Source of the DNA: Fidelibacterota bacterium
GTDB taxonomy: Bacteria; Pseudomonadota; Alphaproteobacteria; Rhodospirillales; Rhodospirillaceae
Assembly (NCBI GenBank): GCA_947476895.1
Contig: CANJRX010000001.1
Coordinates: 184,865-248,864 of the forward strand
Length of the DNA: 64,000 nt
Reading direction: 5' to 3'
Below are positions 1-9,206 of this stretch, piece after piece. Position numbers and translations under genes: made by a program. The notes beneath the pieces were generated by a model, which saw only the letters and a list, made by a program, of their open reading frames with translations, made no database searches and had not been told where the DNA came from. How positions within the stretch are numbered: position 1 is the first letter of the stretch; every line of letters begins with the position of its first letter.

Positions 1-1724
1 GCTCGAATTGGACCGATTACAACGCCAAGCTGATTTCAAAGGGCGGCGGGATTTTCGAACGCAGCGCCAAGACCATCAAGTTGTCCCCGGAAATGAAGAC
101 GCTGCTGGAGATCAACAAGGCCGAAGCTACACCGCAGGAAATCATGAACGCTATCTTGAAGGCGCAAGTGGACCTGCTGTTCTTTGGGGGTATCGGCACT
201 TACGTGAAAAGTGCTGCCCAATCCAACGCCGACGCTTCGGACAAAGCCAATGACGCCATTCGCGTCAACGGCGCGCAGGTCCGCGCCAAGGTCGTGGGCG
301 AAGGTGCAAACCTCGGCATGACCCAGCTGGGCCGCATTGAAGCCGCCAAGAGCGGCGTGCGTCTTAACACCGATGCCATCGACAACTCGGCCGGCGTGGA
401 TTGTTCGGATCACGAGGTCAATATCAAGATTCTGCTGAACGTGCAGATGGGCATGGGCAAGATCAGCCTGCCCAACCGCAACAAATTGCTGGCGGAAATG
501 ACCGAGGAAGTGGGCCATCTGGTGTTGCGCGACAATTACCAGCAGAGCCAGACCATCAGCATGCTGCAGCAACGTGGGCCGCAGTTGCTGGACGCCCAAC
601 AGCGCACCATCAAGCTGTTCGAGCGCGAAGGCCTGCTCAACCGCGAGATCGAGTTCCTGCCCAATGACGAGGAGATTCAGGAACGCATGGCGGCGAGCCA
701 GGGCCTGACGCGTCCCGAACTGGCCGTGTTCCTGCCCTACGGCAAGATGTGGCTCTACGACAAGATCATCAACAGCGACCTGCCGGACGATCCGATCAAT
801 GAGGACGATCTGCAGGAATATTTCCCGAAGCCTTTGCAGAAGAAATTCGCCGAGGCCATTACACGCCACAAACTGCGCCGTGAAATTGTCGGCACCGTGG
901 TCACCAATAACTTCATCAACCGCGTTGGGCCTTCGTTCCTGACGACCTTGATGGAGCGTACGGGTTTGGGTCCGGTCGATGTGGCGCGCGCCTATACGGT
1001 GACGGAAGCTGCCTATAGCTTGCGTGACATCTGGACCGCCATCGAAGCCTTGGACAACAAGGTGCCGGCGGCTGTGCAGATGGAGATGCTGCTGGAAGTC
1101 GCCCGCATGCTGGAGCGCAGCGTGCAGTGGATGCTGCGTCACATTCCGGCGCCTATGGATATGACCAAGCAGATCGGCATTTTGAAGCCCGGCGTCGATG
1201 CTTTGCGCAAGGCCTTGCCGACCGTGTGGTCCGACGAAGTAGCGGCTTATATCAACCGCCAATCCGAGATCTATCAAAAGAAAGGTGTGCCGGCGAAGCT
1301 GGCCATGGAAGTGGCATCGCTCTATCGCCTAGCCGCGGCCAACGACATCACCACCATCGCCCAGACCACCAGGCAAACGGTGCCGGAAGCGGCACGTTTA
1401 TACTATCTGGTGGGCGAGCGTTTTGGATTGGGTTCCTTGCGCGCCCGCACCGAAGGCTTCGCGACCATCAGCCACTGGGACAAGCTGGCCGTTTCCGCAG
1501 CCATCGAGGAATTGTTTGCGCATCAGCGCGGTCTTGCCCAGCGCATCACCGCGGCTTCGAAAGGCAAGCTAACGCCCGAGAAAGCCGTGGAAGCCTGGGT
1601 TGCGAGCAACAAAGCCCGCATCGACCGCTATGACCAGGTGTTTGCCGAGGTGAAGGCGGCTGACTCGCTCAGCCTCTCGATGCTGACCGTGGCGAACCGC
1701 CAACTCAGCGCCATGACGGCTTGA
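1..1724 (+). CDS. NAD-specific (large, ~1600 aa class) glutamate dehydrogenase, C-terminal part; 5' end lies outside the window
   Basis: The frame is open from the window edge (codons from nt 3: SNWTDYNAKLISKGGGIFERSAK...). Motifs GANLGMTQLGRIEAAKSGVRLNTDAIDNSAGVDCSDHEVNIKILLN are typical of the large NAD-GDH family. Stop TGA at 1722-1724. Confidence 0.85.
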   Translation, partial: SNWTDYNAKLISKGGGIFERSAKTIKLSPEMKTLLEINKAEATPQEIMNAILKAQVDLLFFGGIGTYVKSAAQSNADASDKANDAIRVNGAQVRAKVVGEGANLGMTQLGRIEAAKSGVRLNTDAIDNSAGVDCSDHEVNIKILLNVQMGMGKISLPNRNKLLAEMTEEVGHLVLRDNYQQSQTISMLQQRGPQLLDAQQRTIKLFEREGLLNREIEFLPNDEEIQERMAASQGLTRPELAVFLPYGKMWLYDKIINSDLPDDPINEDDLQEYFPKPLQKKFAEAITRHKLRREIVGTVVTNNFINRVGPSFLTTLMERTGLGPVDVARAYTVTEAAYSLRDIWTAIEALDNKVPAAVQMEMLLEVARMLERSVQWMLRHIPAPMDMTKQIGILKPGVDALRKALPTVWSDEVAAYINRQSEIYQKKGVPAKLAMEVASLYRLAAANDITTIAQTTRQTVPEAARLYYLVGERFGLGSLRARTEGFATISHWDKLAVSAAIEELFAHQRGLAQRITAASKGKLTPEKAVEAWVASNKARIDRYDQVFAEVKAADSLSLSMLTVANRQLSAMTA

Positions 1725-1731
1725 TATTTTT

Positions 1732-1824
1732 CCCTCCCCTGAAAGGGGAGGGTTAGGGAGGGGTCGTTGCCGGTTTGGGCAAATCAACCGACCCCCTCCT
1801 AGCCTCCCCCTTGCAGGGGGAGGG
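1732..1824. repeat. Triple-hairpin G/C-tract palindromic element, copy 1
   Basis: Three hairpins: CCCTCCCC-tgaaa-GGGGAGGG (1732-1752); AGGGAGGGGTCG-22 nt-CGACCCCCTCCT (1755-1800); CCTCCCCC-ttgca-GGGGGAGG (1803-1823). It fills the gap between convergent genes. The same architecture recurs at 9194-9291. Confidence 0.8.
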
Positions 1825-1827
1825 ATA

Positions 1828-3885
1828 CTATTTCTTCGTTTTCTTGGCGGCGCAGCGTGTAACCCACGCGGCGCGGAGAGCGCCGTAAAAGTCCGCGGTG
1901 AAGGTTTTCACGTCGCAGACGCGAGACGTCAGGAATCGTTCGCGCAAGGTGTTGCGCAACGTCTTCAGCGCGGCCGGATCATTCGCCAAGGCCGTGGCCT
2001 TCGCAACGAGATCGCTTTCGGATGTTGCGACACCTTCTGGATAATTACCGTTCGTGAGGTGTGCCGTCGCGTGACGGCTGCAGAATCTATCGCCCGGCAG
2101 CGTCAGAACCGGCACGCCCATGAGCAGAGCTTCGCAAGTTGTCAGCCCGCCTGAGTAAGGCGCGGTATCAAGAATGATATCCACGTCTGCGTATTGCGCG
2201 AGGAAGGCCGCGTGCAATCCGCCGTTCTTGAAAATCAGGCGGTCCGTCGAAATGCCTTCGTCCATAAAAGCGCTGATGATGCGCCCTTGGCGTGAAGTGT
2301 CGGCCAGGAGATAGCCGTTCAGCAGGAATTTCGCGGTCGGCACGGCCTTCAAAACTTTCGCCCAAAGCTTGATGGAGGCCGGCCCGATCTTGGTGACTTC
2401 GCTGAAGGTGCCGAAGGTCACAAAGCCTTTGGCGAGGACCGGCGCGGGCGCTACGGGCGGCGCGTAAGCTGGCGCGCGGTAGCAGATGTAATCGGGCGCA
2501 AAGCGCACCACGCGTTCGGTGTAAAATTTGTCTTCGGCCTCGGGCGTGTGGATGGCGTCGCCCAACAGCAGGTCGATGGTTTCAAGGCCGCGCGTATCCA
2601 CATAGTCACCCCAGGCCACTTGCAATGGCGCTGGCTTGGCCGCGAAGGCGGGCAGGCGATTGTGAGGTGCGTGGCCGGAGAGATCGATCAGGATATCGAT
2701 CTTATCGTGCACCACCAATTGCGCGAGATCGGATTTCGACAACCCGCGTACATCGCGCCATTGGTCAGACGCGGTCCGGAAATCTTGCGTGTAAGGATCG
2801 ATCTTGGCGGTCGTGGAATAGCAGAAGATTTCGAATTGCGATTTATCGCGCGCTTCCAGCACGGGCAGCACGAAGAACAGCATGGCGTGGAAACGCAAAT
2901 CGCCGGAGACGAAGCCGATCTTTAACTTACGCTCAGGCGCAAAGTCGTGTTTGGGATTGAAAGCCGGGGCGTTCGTATCCTTATGCAACGCGCCGAATTC
3001 TTTGTGCAGCTTGAACATCTCTTCGCGCGAGATATCCGGGACATAATGCAGGCACATGAGAAGGCTGGAGCGAATGGCCGCAAGATCTGGCTTCAGCGCC
3101 AACACCGCGCGACGGTGCGCAACTGCATCCATGGTGCCGTCGTCCACCAGATCGGCAAGGCCGACGTAAGCGGGTGCCAGATTAGGATTGAGGGCGATGG
3201 CGCGGCGGAAATTGGCTTCGGCCTTTTCCTTGAACCCGGCTTCGGCCAGCACCACGCCCAGGTTCACATGGGCGTCGGCGTGACGCGGGTTCAGCTCGAT
3301 GGCTTTGGTGTAGGCGGCTTCGGCCGTGGGCAGGCGTCCGGCCGCATGCATGATATTGCCGAGGTTGAAACGCAACTCGGCCGACTTGGGGGCTTGGCCG
3401 ATGGCTTCGATCAGAATGGCGGCGGCACTTTCGGCATCGCCCACGGATTTCAGGATCAAGGCCATGTTGTTGTAAGCGCCGACATGGCCGGGCCGCAGTT
3501 CAACCGTGCGTTTAAAGCTGTCCATGGCGGAATCGAACGCGCCGGCCTGACGCTCGGCGTTGCCCAAGTTGAACAAGATGTCGGCCTGTTCCGGCGCGGC
3601 TTGATGGGCCTTGCGCAACACCACCACGGCTTCGCCGCTGCGCCCCTGGGCCAGCAAACCGTTCCCAAGCGTATTAAGGTAAAGCGGATTGGTGGGTGAT
3701 GCCGAAAGAGCCTTGCGCACAAGGGTTTCTGCTTCAGCCTGCAAGCCTTCGTCCTGGGCGATCACGGCCAAAAGATGCAGCGCATCGCCGTTGCCGGGCA
3801 CGGATTTCAGGATACCGTTGGCGGCCACCTTGGCGGCGGGCCGGTCTCCGGATTCATAAGACGCGATAGCTTGCTCGAAACGCAT
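1828..3885 (-). CDS. TPR-repeat protein with C-terminal SPINDLY/OGT-like (GT41-type) glycosyltransferase domain
   Basis: Multiple 34-aa TPR units in the N-terminal half (e.g. ...AYNNMALILKSVGDAESA..., ...NPRHADAHVNLGVVLAEAG...). The C-terminal ~350 aa resemble the GT41 fold family. ATG at 3885 (MRFEQAIASY...) lies 8 nt after the upstream ABC gene stop. The longer 728-aa ORF would overlap that gene. Confidence 0.7.
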   Translation of the reverse strand: MRFEQAIASYESGDRPAAKVAANGILKSVPGNGDALHLLAVIAQDEGLQAEAETLVRKALSASPTNPLYLNTLGNGLLAQGRSGEAVVVLRKAHQAAPEQADILFNLGNAERQAGAFDSAMDSFKRTVELRPGHVGAYNNMALILKSVGDAESAAAILIEAIGQAPKSAELRFNLGNIMHAAGRLPTAEAAYTKAIELNPRHADAHVNLGVVLAEAGFKEKAEANFRRAIALNPNLAPAYVGLADLVDDGTMDAVAHRRAVLALKPDLAAIRSSLLMCLHYVPDISREEMFKLHKEFGALHKDTNAPAFNPKHDFAPERKLKIGFVSGDLRFHAMLFFVLPVLEARDKSQFEIFCYSTTAKIDPYTQDFRTASDQWRDVRGLSKSDLAQLVVHDKIDILIDLSGHAPHNRLPAFAAKPAPLQVAWGDYVDTRGLETIDLLLGDAIHTPEAEDKFYTERVVRFAPDYICYRAPAYAPPVAPAPVLAKGFVTFGTFSEVTKIGPASIKLWAKVLKAVPTAKFLLNGYLLADTSRQGRIISAFMDEGISTDRLIFKNGGLHAAFLAQYADVDIILDTAPYSGGLTTCEALLMGVPVLTLPGDRFCSRHATAHLTNGNYPEGVATSESDLVAKATALANDPAALKTLRNTLRERFLTSRVCDVKTFTADFYGALRAAWVTRCAAKKTKK

Positions 3886-3893
3886 GCAGTCTT

Positions 3894-5717
3894 TTAATCC
3901 GCCGCGACACCAGACGCAAACTGCAGTGTGTGCAGCCGCGCATAAAGTCCGCTCTTGGCTAAAAGCGCGGTGTGATCGCCGGTCTCGACCACCGCACCGC
4001 GTTCGATGACACAAATCTGGTCGGCGCTGGCGATGGTCGAGAGGCGATGGGCGATGACTAACGTTGTCCGCCCCTGCTTCAGGCGGTCGAGGGCGGTTTG
4101 AACCTGGCGCTCGGTTTCGGTGTCGAGGGCGCTGGTGGCTTCGTCCAACAGCAGAATGGGCGCGTTCTTCAATAATGCGCGGGCGATGGCGATGCGTTGG
4201 CGCTGACCGCCGGACAGAGTCTGGCCGCGTTCGCCCACGAGCGTCTCGTAGCCTTCGGGAAGCGCCGTGATGAAGTCGTGCGCGCCGGCATCGCGGGCGG
4301 CGGTTTCGATGTCGCTGTCACCAGCATCGGGACGGCCAAAGCGGATATTGGCGCGGATGCTGTCGTCGAACAGCACGACGTCCTGGCTGACGAGCGCGAT
4401 TGAGTCGCGCAAGGAGGCCAGCGTCACGCTCGAGACATCATGGCCGTCGATGAGGATCGCACCGCTGGTGGGTTCGTAAAACCGCGGCAGCAGATTGAGG
4501 AGCGTGGTCTTGCCAGCACCCGACGGACCCACAAGCGCCGTGGTTTTGCCGGCAGCTGCGGTGAAGGTAATGCCGTTCAACGCTGCCGCGTCGCCGCCAT
4601 AGGTGAAGGTCACGTTCTCAAACCGCACTTCGCCGCGGGTGACATTTAAGGCAGTTGCGCCGGGCTTTTCTTGAATGGCGGGCGGCGTATCGAGCACCGC
4701 GAACAATCGCGCCGCACCGGCTAAGCCTTCGTTGACCGAGGCGTTGGCATTCGCAAGCGCCTTCATGGGCCGATAAGCCGTGAGCAGCGCGGTGATGAAT
4801 GAGAAGAACGCGCCCGGCGTTGTTTCACCTTTGATGACGCGCCAACCGCCGTAGACGATCACGATGGTCACGGCCACACCGCCCAAGGTTTCCATGAGCG
4901 GGCTGGCGAGGGCCTTCACGCGTTCGGCCTTGATCACGAGATCGCGGATGGTGGTCGTTAACCGTTGGGCCCGCTCGCCTTCGTAGGCTTCCATGCGGTA
5001 GGCTTTGACGAGGCGGATGCCGGACAAGCTTTGCTCGACCAGCGTCATGAAGGTGCCGGTCTGAGCCTGGGTGTTGGCGGTGACTTTGCGCAAGCGCCGG
5101 CCCAGCGTGGCGATGGGAATGACGGTCGCGGGAAAGGCCACGAAGGCCACGGTGGCCAACAACCAATCCTGATAAAACATCACGGCCACCAGGAAGACGA
5201 TGGAGAGCACTTCGCGGCCAAGGCCCGTCAGCGCCGTGGACACTGCCATGCGCATGGCGGCGATGTCGGTGGTGAGGCGCGAGATCAGCGTACCGGTGCG
5301 GTGGGCGGCGAAGAACGCGAGGTCCATATTAAGAAGATGGCGGAAGAGCCGGTTCTGAAGATCCGTCAGGACGGTCTGGCCGACCTTGGTCATGATCAAA
5401 GCCTGACCGTAGGCCCCGATGCCCTTAAAGGCGAAGCTTGCGAAGACCGCGAGGCCCACGGGCCATAACAGGTCGGCGCGGCGCTCGACAAAGACCCGAT
5501 TCACAACAGGGTCCATCAGCCACGCCAAAGCGGCTGTGGATAAAGCCACCATCACCATGCACAGCCCGGCCAGAAAGAACCGCCCGGCGTAGGGCGCGAC
5601 CGCTTCCCGTAACAGCCGCTTATAGAGTCCACCGGTCGAAAGCGGTGCGCTTCCCGCTAGACGGGAGGCTTCGGCCGGGGTGAAAGAAGATGAGGGCGGA
5701 GTCATGTAATCAGACAC
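3894..5717 (-). CDS. Fused TMD-NBD ABC exporter, MsbA-like (lipid A/lipid flippase family)
   Basis: Six-TM N-terminal half. Walker A GPSGAGKTT, ABC signature LSGGQRQRIAIARALL, Walker B ILLLDEATSALD. Start uncertain: GTG 5717 or ATG 5705. Confidence 0.8.
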   Translation of the reverse strand: MSDYMTPPSSSFTPAEASRLAGSAPLSTGGLYKRLLREAVAPYAGRFFLAGLCMVMVALSTAALAWLMDPVVNRVFVERRADLLWPVGLAVFASFAFKGIGAYGQALIMTKVGQTVLTDLQNRLFRHLLNMDLAFFAAHRTGTLISRLTTDIAAMRMAVSTALTGLGREVLSIVFLVAVMFYQDWLLATVAFVAFPATVIPIATLGRRLRKVTANTQAQTGTFMTLVEQSLSGIRLVKAYRMEAYEGERAQRLTTTIRDLVIKAERVKALASPLMETLGGVAVTIVIVYGGWRVIKGETTPGAFFSFITALLTAYRPMKALANANASVNEGLAGAARLFAVLDTPPAIQEKPGATALNVTRGEVRFENVTFTYGGDAAALNGITFTAAAGKTTALVGPSGAGKTTLLNLLPRFYEPTSGAILIDGHDVSSVTLASLRDSIALVSQDVVLFDDSIRANIRFGRPDAGDSDIETAARDAGAHDFITALPEGYETLVGERGQTLSGGQRQRIAIARALLKNAPILLLDEATSALDTETERQVQTALDRLKQGRTTLVIAHRLSTIASADQICVIERGAVVETGDHTALLAKSGLYARLHTLQFASGVAAD

Positions 5718-5882
5718 TTAACGCCGCGACCAAGGGGTTGTCCAGGCGGGGGTGCGCCAACCCATTCCATTTGCATGCGTTGTTGTCAGGGTTTAATTTC
5801 AGAACGCACTTTAAACCGGCAAACGGACCGTTTATCACCCCTGCCCACATGCCCCGTTCCGGCAACCAGGACCTTCCCCTAC

Positions 5883-7034
5883 ATGCGTGATTCTGCGACG
5901 GCCCCGATCGATGTCTCTGCCATCGCGTTTATCGACCTCGCGGCTCAACGGGCGCGGATTGGTGCGCGCATGGATGCGGCTATCGCCCGCGTGCTGGCCC
6001 ACGGCGGCTTCATCATGGGGCCGGAAGTGGCCGAGGTTGAGCGCAAGCTGACCCAGCGTTCGGGTGCGAAACACGTCATCAGTTGCTCCAGCGGCACCAC
6101 CGCCATCGTCATGGCCTTGATGGCCCGCGATGTGGGTCGGGGTGACGCGGTGTTCCTGCCGTCGTTCACCTTCACCGCCACGGCGGAAGCACCGGCGATT
6201 CTGGGCGCGACACCGATCTTCGTCGATGTGCTGCCAGATACGTTCGATCTTGATCCCGCCAGTTTTGAGCGCGCCATTACTGTCGCCAAACAGACCGGTC
6301 TTCGTCCCGCCTGCGTGATGCCGGTGGACTTGTTCGGTCAGCCTGCCGACTACGACGCCATCGATGCCATCGCCAAGCAGCACGGCATTTGGACGCTGGG
6401 CGACGCCGCGCAAAGCTTCGGCGCTTATTATAAAGGCTGGGCACTCGGCACCTGCGCCGATGTCACGGCCACCAGTTTTTATCCGTCCAAGCCTTTGGGT
6501 TGCTACGGCGACGGCGGCGCGCTGTTCACCGATGACGATGAAACCGCCAAGCGCTTGCGCCAAGTGCGCATTCACGGCCAAGGGCACGACCGCAATGAAA
6601 ACGTGCGCATTGGTTTGACGGGGCGCTTTGATTCGATCCAGGCTGCGGTGCTTCTGGAAAAGCTCGCGATCTTCGACGACGAATGCAATGCGCGGAACGC
6701 CATTGCGGCGCGTTATACAGCGGGCCTCAAAGACGTCGTGACGACGCCGAACGTGAGACGCGACTGCACCTCGGTGTGGGCGCAGTACACCGTCGTCTCG
6801 CCGCGCCGCGACCGCATTGCCGCAACCTTGCAGGCGCAAAACATTCCGACGGCGATTCACTATTTGAAGCCGATCCATGGCCAGCCGCCTTACCGAGGCT
6901 TCCCGGTGACACCTGGCGGCTTGCCGGTGACAGAGCGTCTGTCGCAAGAAGTTATCAGCCTGCCGATGCATCCTTATCTTACGGCGGAGGCGCAAGCCCG
7001 CGTCATTGCCGCCGTACGCGCTGCACTGGCGTAG
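5883..7034 (+). CDS. DegT/DnrJ/EryC1/StrS-family PLP-dependent sugar aminotransferase (GnnB/WbpE-like)
   Basis: Family motifs include the catalytic-lysine region SFYPSKPLGCYGDGGA. ATG at 5883 (MRDSATAPIDVS...). The upstream part of the 419-aa ORF looks non-coding. Confidence 0.8.
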   Translation: MRDSATAPIDVSAIAFIDLAAQRARIGARMDAAIARVLAHGGFIMGPEVAEVERKLTQRSGAKHVISCSSGTTAIVMALMARDVGRGDAVFLPSFTFTATAEAPAILGATPIFVDVLPDTFDLDPASFERAITVAKQTGLRPACVMPVDLFGQPADYDAIDAIAKQHGIWTLGDAAQSFGAYYKGWALGTCADVTATSFYPSKPLGCYGDGGALFTDDDETAKRLRQVRIHGQGHDRNENVRIGLTGRFDSIQAAVLLEKLAIFDDECNARNAIAARYTAGLKDVVTTPNVRRDCTSVWAQYTVVSPRRDRIAATLQAQNIPTAIHYLKPIHGQPPYRGFPVTPGGLPVTERLSQEVISLPMHPYLTAEAQARVIAAVRAALA

Positions 7035-7035
7035 C

Positions 7036-7920
7036 GTGACCCTTAAACTTGCCGTTATCGGCGTCGGCGTCATGGGCCGCAATTATTTGCGCGCCGCCAA
7101 GGCTGCCGGCATTGAGATTACCGCCATCTACGACATCAACGCTGATCACGCGCAGAGTGCCGCCGCCGAATACGGCTGCCGCATTATGAGCAATCTCAAC
7201 GACCCGGATATCACAGCGGCCGTCATCGCCGTGCCCACGGGTGTGCATGCGTCTACAGCAGCTGCGTTTTTGAAACGCGGCGTGCATTGCCTGGTGGAAA
7301 AGCCCTTTGCTGCCACCGAAGCCGAATGCCGCGCACTTATTGAGGCAGCGGCCATTAACCGCGCCGTGCTGCAAGTTGGTCATATCGAGCGCTTTAATCC
7401 GGCGATTGTCGCGCTTAGGGCAAAAAACCTTGATCCAGCGGCGATCACGTCCATCACTGCCCGGCGCATGGGACCAGCAAGTGCGCGCATCACCGATGTC
7501 AGCGTGGTGGTGGATTTGATGGTGCATGATCTGGATATCGTGCTGGCCTTGAAGCCTATGGCCGTCACACGTGTAGAAGCCCACGGCACCCGTGATCATG
7601 CCGAAGCCCAGTTGACCTTTGTTGACGGCACAACGGCGTCACTTACTGCCAGCCGCTCATCGGCCGCGCGCGTGCGCGATCTGCATGTCGTCACGCGCGA
7701 TGCTGCTTACAATCTCGACTACATCGCTAAGACCCTCGTCACCGCTGAAGCAACCGAAACTCTTACCGGTGATGCGTTGGGCGCGGAATTGAACCACTTC
7801 CTGGCTTGCATCCGTAACAGTCGTTTGCCCGACGTGACGGGTGAGCAGGCCTTGGAAGTCATGAAGCTTGCCTGGCGCATTGAAGCGGCTTTGGGCCTCG
7901 CGAGCGAGAACGCCGCGTGA
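7036..7920 (+). CDS. Gfo/Idh/MocA-family NAD(P)-dependent oxidoreductase (GnnA/WbpB-like)
   Basis: N-terminal Rossmann motif KLAVIGVGVMGRNY and the EKP motif (CLVEKPFA). GTG at 7036 lies 1 nt after the aminotransferase stop. ORF-track start 7006 would overlap the upstream gene. Confidence 0.7.
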   Translation: MTLKLAVIGVGVMGRNYLRAAKAAGIEITAIYDINADHAQSAAAEYGCRIMSNLNDPDITAAVIAVPTGVHASTAAAFLKRGVHCLVEKPFAATEAECRALIEAAAINRAVLQVGHIERFNPAIVALRAKNLDPAAITSITARRMGPASARITDVSVVVDLMVHDLDIVLALKPMAVTRVEAHGTRDHAEAQLTFVDGTTASLTASRSSAARVRDLHVVTRDAAYNLDYIAKTLVTAEATETLTGDALGAELNHFLACIRNSRLPDVTGEQALEVMKLAWRIEAALGLASENAA

Positions 7921-9206
7921 GCGATACGAACACCCCAGCGTCCGACCGTAAACCGGTCATCGCGTTCTGCCTGTTCGACTTCGCCAACTCTGCCTTCACC
8001 ACTATCGTCATCACCTTTGTTTTCGCGACGTACTTCGCGAACGGCATCGCGGCCGATCCCACCACAGGCGGCGCGCAGTGGAGTTTCGCCATGGCCATTG
8101 CGGGCCTGGTGATTGCAATCTTGAGTCCCATCTTCGGCGCGATCGCCGACCAGACCGGCCGGCGCAAGCCGTGGATCTTTGCGGTGTCGGTGATCTGCGT
8201 CGTGGCCACGGCTATGCTGTGGTACGCGAAGCCAACACCGGGTGATGTGCCATGGGCTTTGACCTTCGCGATCATCGCCACCATAGGCTTTGAGATGGGC
8301 ATGTTGTTTTACAACGCGCTTCTGCCCACGGTCGCGACCCCCGCCACCATGGGCCGCATTTCCGGCTGGGCCTGGGGATTGGGTTATGCGGGCGGTTTGA
8401 TCTCGCTGGCCATCGCGCTTTTCGTGCTGGTGCAGGCCGATCCCGCGCCTTTCGGTCTCGATAAAACACAAGCCGAACATGTGCGCGCGACGTCGTTACT
8501 CGTGGCAGGATGGTTTGCGATTTTCGCTGTGCCGCTGTTCCTGTTCATCAAAGAACCCGATGCGGCGGGAATCCCCGCGGGCCTTGCTGTGCGCCAGGGC
8601 CTGAAACAGCTTGTCGTCTCGCTTCGCAATATTCGGAATCACGCCAACGTTTTCCGATATCTGATCGCGGCAATGATTTATTCAGACGGCGTGCACACGG
8701 TGTTTGCGCTGGGCGGTGTTTACGCCGGCGTGACTTTCGGTATGAAAACCGAAGAGATCATTATGTTGGGTATCAGCCTCAACGTCACGGCAGGCCTGGG
8801 CGCTTTTATATTCGGCTGGGTCGATGATCGCCTGGGCTCGAAGCCCACCATCGTCATCAGCTTGCTCGCGTTGATCGTCACCAGTGCCGTCGTTATGGCC
8901 GCGCCCGACAAAAACACATTTTGGATTGCCGCACTTGCTATGAGCACGTTCTTCGGGCCGGTCCAGGCCGCGAGCCGCACCTTATTGGCGCGGCTGTCAC
9001 CGCCCGCCATGCGCGGCGAGATGTTCGGCCTGTTCGCACTGTCAGGCAAAGTCACGGCCTTCGCCGGCCCTGCAGTGGTGGGATGGGTGACGCTGGCGAC
9101 CGGCAGCTACCGCCTCGGCATGTCGACCGTGTTGATTTTTCTGGTGGTCGGACTGCTTCTTTTACGCGGCGTAAAGGAGAACCAAGATTTAAGTCCCTCC
9201 CCCTGA
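7917..9206 (+). CDS. MFS transporter (UMF1/Atg22-like family)
   Basis: About 12 predicted TM segments. The N-terminus ...FCLFDFANSAFTTIVITFVFATYF is typical of the UMF1 family. The GTG start overlaps the upstream stop (GTGA). The last 4 codons and the TGA stop lie inside repeat copy 2. Confidence 0.7.
   Translation: MSDTNTPASDRKPVIAFCLFDFANSAFTTIVITFVFATYFANGIAADPTTGGAQWSFAMAIAGLVIAILSPIFGAIADQTGRRKPWIFAVSVICVVATAMLWYAKPTPGDVPWALTFAIIATIGFEMGMLFYNALLPTVATPATMGRISGWAWGLGYAGGLISLAIALFVLVQADPAPFGLDKTQAEHVRATSLLVAGWFAIFAVPLFLFIKEPDAAGIPAGLAVRQGLKQLVVSLRNIRNHANVFRYLIAAMIYSDGVHTVFALGGVYAGVTFGMKTEEIIMLGISLNVTAGLGAFIFGWVDDRLGSKPTIVISLLALIVTSAVVMAAPDKNTFWIAALAMSTFFGPVQAASRTLLARLSPPAMRGEMFGLFALSGKVTAFAGPAVVGWVTLATGSYRLGMSTVLIFLVVGLLLLRGVKENQDLSPSP

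Noticed and set aside
36-1277. Long antisense or overlapping ORFs opposite clear genes. Examples: 36-1277(-), 5835-7082(-), 9673-11019(+), 15938-17233(-), 25715-26980(+), 29903-30952(-), 34696-35973(+), 54138-55418(-).
   Set aside because: Stop codons are depleted in all frames of high-GC DNA. Each of these overlaps a gene with strong family motifs, and their translations are Arg/Gly/Ala/His-rich without recognisable domains.
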